Source: an uncultured Pseudomonadota bacterium (GTDB lineage: Bacteria; SAR324; NAC60-12). From it: a stretch of 64,000 nt of DNA. Positions within the stretch are counted from its first letter, which is position 1, and each line of letters starts with the position of its first letter. The stretch lies in assembly GCA_964344035.1 (NCBI GenBank), contig CAYFLK010000011.1, positions 339 to 64,338 of the forward strand, in the 5' to 3' direction. Made by a program: the position numbers and the translations under genes. The notes under the pieces are model-generated. The model saw only the letters and a program-made list of their open reading frames with translations. It was not told the origin of the DNA and searched no databases. Positions 47,729-56,796 of this stretch are shown here, piece after piece.

Positions 47729-48088
47729 ATGAAATTTGGAATACTTATCAAAGAAGGCCCCTACACACACCAGGCATCCGACAGCGCCTTCCGCTTTGTC
47801 AGGACCGCCCTTGAAAAGGGACACACGATCGAGGGGGTGTTCTTGTACAACGACGGCGTTAACAATGCAACCAAACTGATGGACCCTCCCCAGGACGACC
47901 GACACCTGTCAAATCTCTGGTCCGAACTCGGTGGTGAATTGGGAGACGAAATCATGGTCTGTATTGCCGCCGCAAAACGACGGGGGATTGTGGAGGAGGT
48001 GATCCCGAAAAACACATCCATCACAGGTTTGGGGGAGTTGACCGACTTGACCATCCGTGCTGATCGCCTGGTCACTTTTGGAGATTGA
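47729..48088 (+). CDS. dsrE: DsrE (sulfur relay protein, DsrEFH complex)
   Basis: 119 aa. MKFGILIKEGPYTHQAS.. is the DsrE/TusD fold. The conserved active Cys lies in IMVCIAAAKRRG. Confidence 0.85.
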   Translation: MKFGILIKEGPYTHQASDSAFRFVRTALEKGHTIEGVFLYNDGVNNATKLMDPPQDDRHLSNLWSELGGELGDEIMVCIAAAKRRGIVEEVIPKNTSITGLGELTDLTIRADRLVTFGD

Positions 48089-48092
48089 TGCC

Positions 48093-48482
48093 ATGGAAGA
48101 GTACGATTACGACGATGACGAAATAGTAAAGAAGATCATGCATGTCATGCGGCGTGCCCCGCACGGCACAATCTATACCTATGAAGGATTGGAAATGATC
48201 CTCATCATGGCATCCTACGATCAGGACATCACCGTCGTCTTCATTGACGACGGGGTGTATGCGCTGAAAAAGGACCAGGACACCAGCGCTATCGGCATCA
48301 AAGGATTTGCGAAAACATTCCTGGCTCTGGACGGGTACGATGTTGAGAAGCTTTATGTCGATCAGCAGTCACTGGAGGAGCGGGGACTGACGGAAGATGA
48401 CCTTGTGGTGCCGGTAGAAGTTATGAGTGCCGAAGAAATCGGCAGATTGATGACCGAACAGGACGAGGTGATCCATCACTGA
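48093..48482 (+). CDS. dsrF: DsrF (sulfur relay protein)
   Basis: ATG at 48093 follows GGAGA. 129 aa, TusC/DsrF-like. The ORF track extends it to 48057, overlapping dsrE. Confidence 0.75.
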   Translation: MEEYDYDDDEIVKKIMHVMRRAPHGTIYTYEGLEMILIMASYDQDITVVFIDDGVYALKKDQDTSAIGIKGFAKTFLALDGYDVEKLYVDQQSLEERGLTEDDLVVPVEVMSAEEIGRLMTEQDEVIHH

Positions 48483-48556
48483 AGTTCCATCAGTTAATCT
48501 GAAGCAAGTCGCTTCCGTGACCTGTTTGTTCTAAAACCCGTATTGGATGGATTCCG

Positions 48557-48850
48557 ATGCTTCACACCATCAATAAATCCCCTTTTACATCAAATACATT
48601 TGAAACATGTCTTCGTTTTCTGCGGTCCGGGGATCCGGTATTGTTCTATGAAGACGGCGTCTACACCGTGCAGACTTCCCACAAGTTTTCCGGGAGGATA
48701 GCAGAGCTGCAGGCATCCAACCCGGTATTCGCCCTGAAGCCCGACCTCGAAGCTAGGGGGATTGCTGACACTGTTGAGGGAGTAACCCTGATTGACTACG
48801 GAGGTTTTGTTGATCTCGTCGAAGAACACACAGTCAACAGCTGGCTGTGA
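48557..48850 (+). CDS. dsrH: DsrH (sulfur relay protein)
   Basis: 97 aa. Conserved N-terminal Cys in TCLRFLRSGD. TusB/DsrH size. Confidence 0.8.
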   Translation: MLHTINKSPFTSNTFETCLRFLRSGDPVLFYEDGVYTVQTSHKFSGRIAELQASNPVFALKPDLEARGIADTVEGVTLIDYGGFVDLVEEHTVNSWL

Positions 48851-48902
48851 GGAGGCATAGAAAACGCTGATAATTATTTCCGGCTTTTGGCTGGGAGAGA
48901 AA

Positions 48903-49529
48903 ATGAGTGACGCACTGAATTACCTGCTAAAAGCCCGTCCCGAGGCAATGGGCTCTTATTTTGCCTTCCTCAAACAGGCGGGTACGCATCTCGATCAACG
49001 ATCACGTGACTTGATTTCGGTGATCACCAAGGTGGCCGTGCAGACCGAATCAGGTTTTCGGCAATATCTCTCACGCGCGTTGCGCAACGGCTGTACGTCT
49101 GATGAAGTGTTGGATGCGCTGCTGATGGCGTTTCCGGTGCTCGGGCTGGCAAAAATCACCTGGGCAGTGGAGATAATTCTTGAAATGGACATACCGGAGT
49201 TTCGTCAGGAAGGGCTTGACGCAAAACCGGAATGGCGCTCAGTCAGCAGCCTCGAAGAAATTCCGTTCGGGGAGGCGGCCTATTACGAGGTAGATAACCG
49301 GCAGGTGTTCGTTTTTCGTACTGAGGATGAAATTCGTGTTTATGACAGCCGCTGTCCGCACCAGGTAACCAACATCCCCCATCTCGCCCTGGAGGGCACA
49401 CGTTTGACCTGCCCCAAGCACCAGTGGGCATTTGACATTCAAAGCGGTGAATGCATAGACAAGGGGCGGCTTCCACTGCGGAGTTTTGAATGCAGGGAGG
49501 AAAACGGGCAGCTGCAAGCATACTGGTAA
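48903..49529 (+). CDS. fusion protein: AhpD-like carboxymuconolactone-decarboxylase-family domain + Rieske [2Fe-2S] domain
   Basis: 208 aa. The N-terminal ~100 aa are an AhpD/CMD-family helical fold. The C-terminus CPHQVTN...(17 aa)...CPKHQW is the Rieske CxH..CxxH motif. Confidence 0.6.
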   Translation: MSDALNYLLKARPEAMGSYFAFLKQAGTHLDQRSRDLISVITKVAVQTESGFRQYLSRALRNGCTSDEVLDALLMAFPVLGLAKITWAVEIILEMDIPEFRQEGLDAKPEWRSVSSLEEIPFGEAAYYEVDNRQVFVFRTEDEIRVYDSRCPHQVTNIPHLALEGTRLTCPKHQWAFDIQSGECIDKGRLPLRSFECREENGQLQAYW

Positions 49530-49596
49530 CCCTGTCCATCTGCAATTTGCTGACGCTGCAATACAGCTCGGGCAGCGCATGAAGGAATGTAAGTTA

Positions 49597-50976
49597 ATGG
49601 AACAGCTTCCGGTTTTTATGAATCTGCGCGGCCAATCCTGTCTGGTTGCCGGGGAAGAAAATAAAGCCTACCACAAAATCCTCCTCCTGCTAAAAGCAGA
49701 AGCCAGGGTTTATCTGCTCACCCAATCGCCCTGCCGGAGAATACGCGAATTGTTTCATCAAAACCGTCTGGTTTCCGTGGATGAACCACTTGAGAAACTT
49801 GAACTGAGCCGTTTTCGACTGGTGATCTGCGCTTCAGAAAATTCAGCACTCAACGAGTTGCTGGCAAGAAGGGCGATGGAACTGAACATCCCGGTCAACG
49901 TGGTGGATCAGCCTGATCTCTGCACCTTCACCATTCCCTCGATCGTGGACCGTTCACCGCTGATCGTCGCGGTTTCTTCCAGTGGCAAATCCCCGACCCT
50001 TTCCAAGTTCGTGCGCAGGAAGATCGAAGCTCTGCTGCCCCACACCTATGGTCCACTGACCGAGATGCTGGGGAATTTCCGCAAACAGACCCGGAACCGC
50101 ACAAGCGACTATTCTGAAAAAAAACGTTTTTGGGAACGCCTGCTATCCGGGCCTCTTGTCGATCTCTTCCTTTCCGGGAAGGAACAGACCGCGCGGGATG
50201 TGATGCAGCATGAACTAGAACAAGCATCAAAACCTGAAAAACGTGGACAGGTCGTGCTTGCCGGCGCAGGTCCGGGCGACCCGGAGTTGCTTACCCTGCG
50301 CGCTCTGCGACACATTCAAAACGCGGACGTGATTGTCTATGACCGCCTGGTTTCAAGTCCGGTACTTGACTATGCAAATCCGGACGCCGAAATGGTGTAT
50401 GCGGGCAAGAAGACCGGGGACCACTACCTTTCGCAACAGGATATCAACCGCAAACTGATACGGCTGGCACAGGAAGGCAAATCCGTGGTTCGTCTCAAGG
50501 GAGGAGATCCATTTATTTTCGGACGCGGAGGGGAGGAACTGGAGGAGTTGATGGATGCCGGGATCGATTTCCAGGTCATCCCCGGCATCACTGCCGCCGG
50601 GGGATGCTGCGCCTATGCCGGGATCCCCCTCACTCACCGCGATTTTGCCCAGTCAGTCGTGTTTGTCACTGCCCACGGCAGGGATGAAGAACTTGAGTTG
50701 AACTGGGAAAGCCTGACCCAGCCGAACCAGACCTTGGTTTTTTACATGGGCCTTGCCAATGCCGAACTGGTAAGCCGCGGTCTGATCACACACGGACTTC
50801 CCGCCGACACCCCGGCCGCACTTGTGCAGAACGGGACCACCTTCAACCAGAAAGTTGCCGTCGGCAATATTGAAACGCTTCCGCGACTGATCCAAGAGCA
50901 GGGTTTCCAGCGTCCGACACTGATCATAGTAGGACATACCGTGACCCTGCATGAGAAGCTGCAGTGGTACAACTGA
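49597..50976 (+). CDS. cysG: siroheme synthase (CysG-like: precorrin-2 dehydrogenase/ferrochelatase + uroporphyrinogen-III C-methyltransferase)
   Basis: Start ATG 49597 (MEQLPVFMNLRGQSCLVAGEENKA). N-terminal NAD Rossmann. C-terminal SUMT motif VVLAGAGPGDPELLTLRA..DVIVYDRLV. Confidence 0.8.
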   Translation: MEQLPVFMNLRGQSCLVAGEENKAYHKILLLLKAEARVYLLTQSPCRRIRELFHQNRLVSVDEPLEKLELSRFRLVICASENSALNELLARRAMELNIPVNVVDQPDLCTFTIPSIVDRSPLIVAVSSSGKSPTLSKFVRRKIEALLPHTYGPLTEMLGNFRKQTRNRTSDYSEKKRFWERLLSGPLVDLFLSGKEQTARDVMQHELEQASKPEKRGQVVLAGAGPGDPELLTLRALRHIQNADVIVYDRLVSSPVLDYANPDAEMVYAGKKTGDHYLSQQDINRKLIRLAQEGKSVVRLKGGDPFIFGRGGEELEELMDAGIDFQVIPGITAAGGCCAYAGIPLTHRDFAQSVVFVTAHGRDEELELNWESLTQPNQTLVFYMGLANAELVSRGLITHGLPADTPAALVQNGTTFNQKVAVGNIETLPRLIQEQGFQRPTLIIVGHTVTLHEKLQWYN

Positions 50977-51002
50977 ACTACGTCTAATAACGGACCCGGG
51001 AC

Positions 51003-51500
51003 ATGAGCGAAATTCACCACTTCCTCAGGGAAAACCGGGAAGCAGTGCTGGATCAATGGCTCACCAGCGCCTTCAAAATGTTCCCCGAACAGTCCAGGCT
51101 GCTTATGGTCAGCAATCCGGACCCGTTCACCAGCCCCATCCGTCATGCGCTCAGCAAGGGTATGGCGCAACTGCTGGACCGGTTTTGTGTAGAAGAACCC
51201 ATAACCGGGGGAAAAGAGCTTGAGGAACTCGGGCGGCTCCTTGCGGTTCAGGAGATGCCGCCCTCCCAGTCCCTTCCCTTCATTTTTGAATTGAAAACCG
51301 TGGTCCGGAAACTTGCAGGGAAAAATAATAAACGCTCCGGATTCTCCGACAGGGACTGGGATGAATTTCAGGACCGGCTTGAGCAGGTGCTTTTCCATCT
51401 GTTCGATTGTTATCTGAAACATCGAGAAAAGATATACCAACTGAAAGCCGAAGAAATGAAGCAACGGACATACATGCTGCTTAGGAGGGCCACCCAATGA
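51003..51500 (+). CDS. dsrT: DsrT-like protein (RsbRD N-terminal-like domain)
   Basis: 165 aa, helical. Its position immediately before dsrMKJOP matches dsrT in other dsr loci. FLRENREAVLDQWL is a globin-sensor/RsbR N-like start. Its stop overlaps the dsrM start (ATGA). Confidence 0.5.
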   Translation: MSEIHHFLRENREAVLDQWLTSAFKMFPEQSRLLMVSNPDPFTSPIRHALSKGMAQLLDRFCVEEPITGGKELEELGRLLAVQEMPPSQSLPFIFELKTVVRKLAGKNNKRSGFSDRDWDEFQDRLEQVLFHLFDCYLKHREKIYQLKAEEMKQRTYMLLRRATQ

Positions 51501-52489
51501 AAGCAATCGCCCCATTGTTAACGGTTTTGGCAATCGCGCTGCTGGCGTATCTTGGCGCGGGAGTAGCCGGGCTAACCGGCCTGTTTGGAATCGTCATTCC
51601 CTATCTTTCGTTTGCACTTTTCATAGGCGGCTTCGTGTACCGCATCTTTGACTGGGCTGGCTCGCCGGTGCCGTTTCGCATTCCGACCACTGCCGGACAG
51701 TCTCGTTCGCTCGACTGGATCCGCCAAGACAAACTGGAAAGTCCGTCCGGGTTCTGGGGAGTGACGGGCCGTGTGTTGCTTGAAGTGCTGCTGTTCCGTT
51801 CACTCTTCCGTAACACCAAGGCGGAAATCACCGCCGGTCCAAACCTCGCCTACGGTTCAAGCAAGTGGCTTTGGCTAGGCGGGCTGGCGTTTCACTGGTC
51901 GATGCTGATCATTGTCCTACGCCATTACCGTTTTTTTCTGGCGCCGATTCCGGGGTTTCTGGAAGCGCTGGATGCGGCGGACGGTTTTCTCCAGATCACC
52001 CTGCCGGCCTTTTACCTAACCGATCTGGTGTTCGTGGCCGCTGTCACATACCTGTTCGCGCGCAGACTGGTGGACGCGAAAATAAATTACATTTCCCTGG
52101 CCAGTGATTTCTTTCCGCTCTACCTGCTGTTGGGCATCGCGCTGAGCGGCATCTGGATGCGTTACTTCGACAAGGTCGATGTCGCGCAAGTAAAGCTGCT
52201 GATGCAGAGCCTGATTGCCTTCAGCCCGGAACTTCCGGGACCAATCGGCTGGATGTTCTATGTCCACCTGTTCATGGTATGCGTGCTTGCCGCGTATTTC
52301 CCGTTCAGTAAACTGATGCACATGGGCGGCATCTTCCTCAGCCCAACTAGAAACCTGGCAACCAACAGCCGTGAATACAGACACGTCAACCCATGGAATC
52401 CTCAGATAAAAATACGCACTTACAGAGAATACGAGGACGAATTCCGCGAAAAAATGAAAAAAGCGGAACTGCCGATTGAAAGGGGATGA
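51497..52489 (+). CDS. dsrM: DsrM, NarI-like dihaem cytochrome b membrane subunit
   Basis: 330 aa. Five transmembrane helices with conserved His in helices 2 and 5. It overlaps dsrK by 4 nt. Confidence 0.8.
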   Translation: MKAIAPLLTVLAIALLAYLGAGVAGLTGLFGIVIPYLSFALFIGGFVYRIFDWAGSPVPFRIPTTAGQSRSLDWIRQDKLESPSGFWGVTGRVLLEVLLFRSLFRNTKAEITAGPNLAYGSSKWLWLGGLAFHWSMLIIVLRHYRFFLAPIPGFLEALDAADGFLQITLPAFYLTDLVFVAAVTYLFARRLVDAKINYISLASDFFPLYLLLGIALSGIWMRYFDKVDVAQVKLLMQSLIAFSPELPGPIGWMFYVHLFMVCVLAAYFPFSKLMHMGGIFLSPTRNLATNSREYRHVNPWNPQIKIRTYREYEDEFREKMKKAELPIERG

Positions 52490-54132
52490 ACATGACCACA
52501 AACCCACCACCAGTTGCAGAACTGGAAAAATCCATCGAGGAAACTCAGAATCTCCTCAAAGACCGCCGCCCTCCCGGGGAATGGCCGGATCTGCCCGTGA
52601 AGGTTGAAGAGGGCAAATGGTGCTACCCGGCGAAACCGGAAATTCTTGAAAGACACGGTTTCCCAAACCCGAGGAAGTGGGATGTTGAAGAGGCGGACTG
52701 GCAGCTTCCGGACAACTGGGAGGAAATCATCTTTGAAGGGATGCGTGAACGGCTTAAAAAATTCCGTTCGTTCAAACTGTTCATGGATGTCTGTGTACGC
52801 TGCGGAGCATGCGCGGACAAGTGCCATTTCTTTCTCGGCACCGGCGACCCGAAAAACATGCCGGTGCTGCGCGCTGAACTGCTCCGTTCAGTATACCGAG
52901 GGGAATTTACGCTGGCGGGGAAGTTTCTGAAGGAAATGGTCGGCGCGCGGAAGCTGACCAAGGAGGTGATCAAGGAGTGGTTTCTTTATTTCCATCAATG
53001 CACCGAGTGCAGGCGGTGCTCGGTTTACTGCCCGTTTGGCATCGATACCGCGGAAATCACTATCCTCGGGCGTGAACTGCTGCACCTGGTGGGCGTCAAC
53101 ATCAACTGGATCCTTGAACCTGCGGCTAACTGCAACCGCACGGGCAATCACCTCGGCATCGAACCGCATACTTTCAAACAGGTGGTGGAATCCCTTGTCG
53201 AAGATATCGAAGACCTTACCGGTATCGAGGTCGAACCAACTTTCAACCGCAAAGGCGCCGAAATCCTCTTTATCACTCCCTCCGGAGATTTGTTTGCCGA
53301 TCCCGGAGTGTACACGATGATGGGATACATGCTCCTCTTTCACCACATCGGACTCGATTACACCCTCAGCACCTATGCTTCCGAAGGCGGGAATTTCGGG
53401 CTCTTTACTTCGCATGACACGATGAAGAAACTCAACGCAAAGATGTTTCATGAAGCTGAGCGATTGGGAGTCAAATGGATCCTGGGTGGGGAGTGTGGGC
53501 ACATGTGGCGTGTGGTGCACCAGTACATGGACACAATGAACGGTCCGGCGGATTTTCTGGAAGAACCGGTTTCCCCGATCACCGGCACCCGGTTCCGAAA
53601 TGCGGCATCGACAAGAATGGTGCATATCGCGGAATTCACTGCTGACCTGATACACCAGGGTAAGCTCAAGCTGGACCCGAGAAGGAATGATCATATAGTC
53701 TCCACCTTCCATGATTCATGCAACCCCGCCAGGGCGATGGGAATGCTTGAGGAGCCTCGGTATGTGCTGAGGAACGTTTGCAACAACTTCCATGAAATGC
53801 CCGAGAACACGATCCGGGAACATACTTTCTGCTGCGGCGCGGGAAGCGGTCTGAACACCGACGAGTTCATGGATACACGGATGCGTGGAGGATTCCCACG
53901 AGCGAACGCTGTCAGACACGTGCAGGAAAAGCATGATGTAAACGCGCTGGTAAACATCTGTGCCATTGATCGCGCCACTTTGCCTCCCCTGATGAAATAC
54001 TGGGTGCCGGAAGTCTCTGTATACGGCCTTCACGAACTGGTCGGCAATGCGCTGGCGATGGATGGAGAGGAAGAGCGGACCGAAGACCTGCGCGAGGATG
54101 AAATGGTTGAATTCGAGGAGGAAGATGAATGA
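52486..54132 (+). CDS. dsrK: DsrK, HdrD-like Fe-S protein with CCG domains
   Basis: 548 aa. Ferredoxin Cys motifs CVRCGACADKC and CTECRRCSVYCPFG. Cys-rich CCG regions FHDSCNPAR and FCCGAGSG. Confidence 0.85.
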   Translation: MNMTTNPPPVAELEKSIEETQNLLKDRRPPGEWPDLPVKVEEGKWCYPAKPEILERHGFPNPRKWDVEEADWQLPDNWEEIIFEGMRERLKKFRSFKLFMDVCVRCGACADKCHFFLGTGDPKNMPVLRAELLRSVYRGEFTLAGKFLKEMVGARKLTKEVIKEWFLYFHQCTECRRCSVYCPFGIDTAEITILGRELLHLVGVNINWILEPAANCNRTGNHLGIEPHTFKQVVESLVEDIEDLTGIEVEPTFNRKGAEILFITPSGDLFADPGVYTMMGYMLLFHHIGLDYTLSTYASEGGNFGLFTSHDTMKKLNAKMFHEAERLGVKWILGGECGHMWRVVHQYMDTMNGPADFLEEPVSPITGTRFRNAASTRMVHIAEFTADLIHQGKLKLDPRRNDHIVSTFHDSCNPARAMGMLEEPRYVLRNVCNNFHEMPENTIREHTFCCGAGSGLNTDEFMDTRMRGGFPRANAVRHVQEKHDVNALVNICAIDRATLPPLMKYWVPEVSVYGLHELVGNALAMDGEEERTEDLREDEMVEFEEEDE

Positions 54133-54505
54133 GCGTGTATTGATTTTCGGGGGACTGGCAATCTTCCTGCTGTTGGTCCTGTTCCCGTTCTGGCCGGACT
54201 CCGAACGCCACGCAAACCAGCCGCCGGCTCTGGCCATCAACACTGTGAAGGAGCAGTGCGTAGCTCCCACTGAGTTCATGCGAGCAAACCACATGCAGCT
54301 GCTCGATCAGTGGCGCGACGATGTGGTCCGCCGCGGGGAACGGGTGCATATCACCACGGACGGACGGACATTTGAAAAAAGCCTGACCCATACCTGCCTA
54401 AACTGTCACGAAAACAGGGAGATGTTTTGTGAGCAGTGCCATGGCACACTGAATGTACAGACCTATTGCTGGGAATGCCACGTCACCCCCATGGAGGTCC
54501 AATGA
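54125..54505 (+). CDS. dsrJ: DsrJ, periplasmic trihaem cytochrome c
   Basis: ATG 54125 ([17 protein letters not shown], a signal anchor). Three CxxCH motifs (CLNCH, CEQCH, CWECH). It overlaps the dsrK stop. Confidence 0.85.
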   Translation: MNERVLIFGGLAIFLLLVLFPFWPDSERHANQPPALAINTVKEQCVAPTEFMRANHMQLLDQWRDDVVRRGERVHITTDGRTFEKSLTHTCLNCHENREMFCEQCHGTLNVQTYCWECHVTPMEVQ

Positions 54506-55272
54506 AAAATGAAAAACGCAGGGATTTCCTGAGAAAAACGGGTCTTGGCGCGCTTGCCGGGATTGGTGTGGCGGCGGGTCTAACCGCGCGGAAACAGGCT
54601 GAAGCGGAAAGTGCATCTGAAGTGCACCGGGCGGGCAAAGTGCGCTGGGGAATGGTAGTCGATGCACGGAAATGCCCGGACGAATGCACGAAATGCATTG
54701 ATGCATGTCACCTGGGCCACAACGTTCCGGAGTTTGATAACTCCAAAGACGAGATAAAGTGGGTCTGGAAAGCTCCGCGTGAAAAGGTTTTTCCCAGCAA
54801 GAGCATGCAGTTCTCGTCAAAACAGCAACGGCAACTGCCAATTCTCACCCTGTGCAACCACTGCGCGAACCCTCCCTGCACCCGCGTATGCCCGACTCAG
54901 GCGACTTTCAAACGCTGGGACGGAATCGTGCAGATGGATTTCCACCGCTGCATAGGCTGCCGTTTCTGCATGGCGGCCTGTCCTTACGGGTCACGCAGTT
55001 TCAACTGGCGGGATCCAAGGCCTGCGATCGGAAAAATAAATCCGGAATTTCCCACCCGGGAACGCGGGGTGGTTGAAAAATGCAACTTCTGCGTGGAAAG
55101 GCTGGAAAAGAAGAAACTCCCGTTGTGCGTGGAAAGCTGTCCGGAAAAAGCGCTGACGTTCGGGAACCTCAATGATCCGGATTCCGGAATCCGAAAAACT
55201 CTCCGGGAAAACCAGACCATCCAGCGCAAGCCTGAACTCGGGACCCGCCCTTCCGTCTTCTACATAACATGA
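54502..55272 (+). CDS. dsrO: DsrO, periplasmic ferredoxin-like 4Fe-4S subunit with Tat signal
   Basis: ATG 54502. Twin-arginine motif [16 protein letters not shown]. Four Cys clusters (CxxCxxx[35 protein letters not shown]...C). It overlaps the dsrJ stop (ATGA). Confidence 0.85.
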   Translation: MKNEKRRDFLRKTGLGALAGIGVAAGLTARKQAEAESASEVHRAGKVRWGMVVDARKCPDECTKCIDACHLGHNVPEFDNSKDEIKWVWKAPREKVFPSKSMQFSSKQQRQLPILTLCNHCANPPCTRVCPTQATFKRWDGIVQMDFHRCIGCRFCMAACPYGSRSFNWRDPRPAIGKINPEFPTRERGVVEKCNFCVERLEKKKLPLCVESCPEKALTFGNLNDPDSGIRKTLRENQTIQRKPELGTRPSVFYIT

Positions 55273-55279
55273 GGGAGCC

Positions 55280-56443
55280 ATGATTGAAAACGCACTCAAG
55301 GGAAACCGGCAATACTGGGGGCTTATCACGCTGCTCACGCTGCTGGTGCTGTTGGGCGTGCTTGCCTACAGCAGGCAACTGTCCGAGGGTTTGACAATTA
55401 CCGGCATGAGCAGGGATGTCAGCTGGGGAATTTACATTGCCCAGTTCACTTTCCTGGTCGGGGTCGCCGCCTCGGCGGTGATGGTAGTGCTCCCGTACTA
55501 TCTTCATGATTACAAGGAATTCGGAAAGGTGGTCCTGCTGGGGGAATTCCTCGCGGTGTCGGCGGTGACGATGTGCCTGATGTTCATCTTTGCAGACATG
55601 GGGAAACCCGAACGGGCGCTGAACATTATTTTCTATCCCAGTCCCAAATCGATCCTGTTCTGGGACATGATTTCACTCAGCGGATACCTGCTGCTCAACC
55701 TGGTGAGTGCGTGGGTGGTGCTCACCGCGGAAAGCAAGGGGGTGCCGCCGCCGGGTTGGATCAAACCGGTGATTTTCCTTTCCATCCCCTGGGCAGTCAG
55801 CATCCACACCGTCACTGCTTTCATCTATGCGGGTCTTCCCGGGCGTCACCTCTGGCTGACAGCGGTGCTTGCCCCGCGTTTTCTCGCTTCCGCTTTCTGT
55901 GCCGGACCGGCACTGCTGATCCTGCTGAGTCTTCTGCTGTGCAAATTCGCGAGTTATGACATTGGCGACAAGGCTATCCGCAAGCTGGCGGTGATTGTCA
56001 CCTATGCGGGAGTGATAAATTTCTTCCTGGTCGGGATGGAGTTTTTCACCGCCTTCTACAGCAGCATCCCCTCTCACATGCACGGATTGCAGTATCTCTT
56101 CGTCGGTTTAGAAGGCGGGAGCAATCTTGTGCCGTGGATCTGGTTTTCATTCATTATCGGCATCCTGTCAGTATTAATTCTCCTGTTTCCCAGTTTGCGC
56201 GCCGACACTCCATGGTTGGCATGGGCCTGCGCGGGGTTGTTCGTGTCGCTTTGGATCGACAAAGGGATCGGCTTGATCCTGGGAGGTTTTGTTCCCACGC
56301 CGATGGAAGAAGTGGTGGAATATACCCCGAGTTTCCTTGAATTAATCATCACTCTCGGCATCTGGGCTTTTGGTTTTCTCGTCCTCTCCATATTTTACAA
56401 AACCGTCATCAGCATCAAGCGCCGGAACCTCGGCGTAACCTGA
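55280..56443 (+). CDS. dsrP: DsrP, NrfD/PsrC-like integral membrane quinone-interacting subunit
   Basis: 387 aa with ~10 transmembrane helices. NrfD-family fold. Confidence 0.8.
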   Translation: MIENALKGNRQYWGLITLLTLLVLLGVLAYSRQLSEGLTITGMSRDVSWGIYIAQFTFLVGVAASAVMVVLPYYLHDYKEFGKVVLLGEFLAVSAVTMCLMFIFADMGKPERALNIIFYPSPKSILFWDMISLSGYLLLNLVSAWVVLTAESKGVPPPGWIKPVIFLSIPWAVSIHTVTAFIYAGLPGRHLWLTAVLAPRFLASAFCAGPALLILLSLLLCKFASYDIGDKAIRKLAVIVTYAGVINFFLVGMEFFTAFYSSIPSHMHGLQYLFVGLEGGSNLVPWIWFSFIIGILSVLILLFPSLRADTPWLAWACAGLFVSLWIDKGIGLILGGFVPTPMEEVVEYTPSFLELIITLGIWAFGFLVLSIFYKTVISIKRRNLGVT

Positions 56444-56453
56444 TCCAATACCC

Positions 56454-56476
56454 GGGAGGGCTGCAAGCGCCCTCCT
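56454..56476 (+). terminator. hairpin GGAGGGC-TGCAAGC-GCCCTCC 10 nt after dsrP stop
   Basis: Read directly: a 7-bp GC stem and a weak T-tract (TTCCCGCTCCC). Confidence 0.4.
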
Positions 56477-56796
56477 TCCCGCTCCCAAAGGCCTTCTCAA
56501 ATAACCAGGACTGCTGAAGGCAGGTTCTCGGGGTAGTTCCTTCACCGCTGAAAAATTACTCCAGTAATTAACACAAATTGTCCGTGGATTATCAACAGTT
56601 GATTGTTGAATGAAACTGAGGCAACGTAATGCAATACAAACATCGTGCACGGAAAGCTCTTATTGGAGCAGCTTTTTTTATTCGGATTTTGTTTTGCTGA
56701 TTAATTTGATAATAATTAATGATTGCGTACCTGAAACATCGATTCAGTCAGGTTTGCAGGAGAAAAGGACCAGGCGCCATTAATTAAATACATCCC

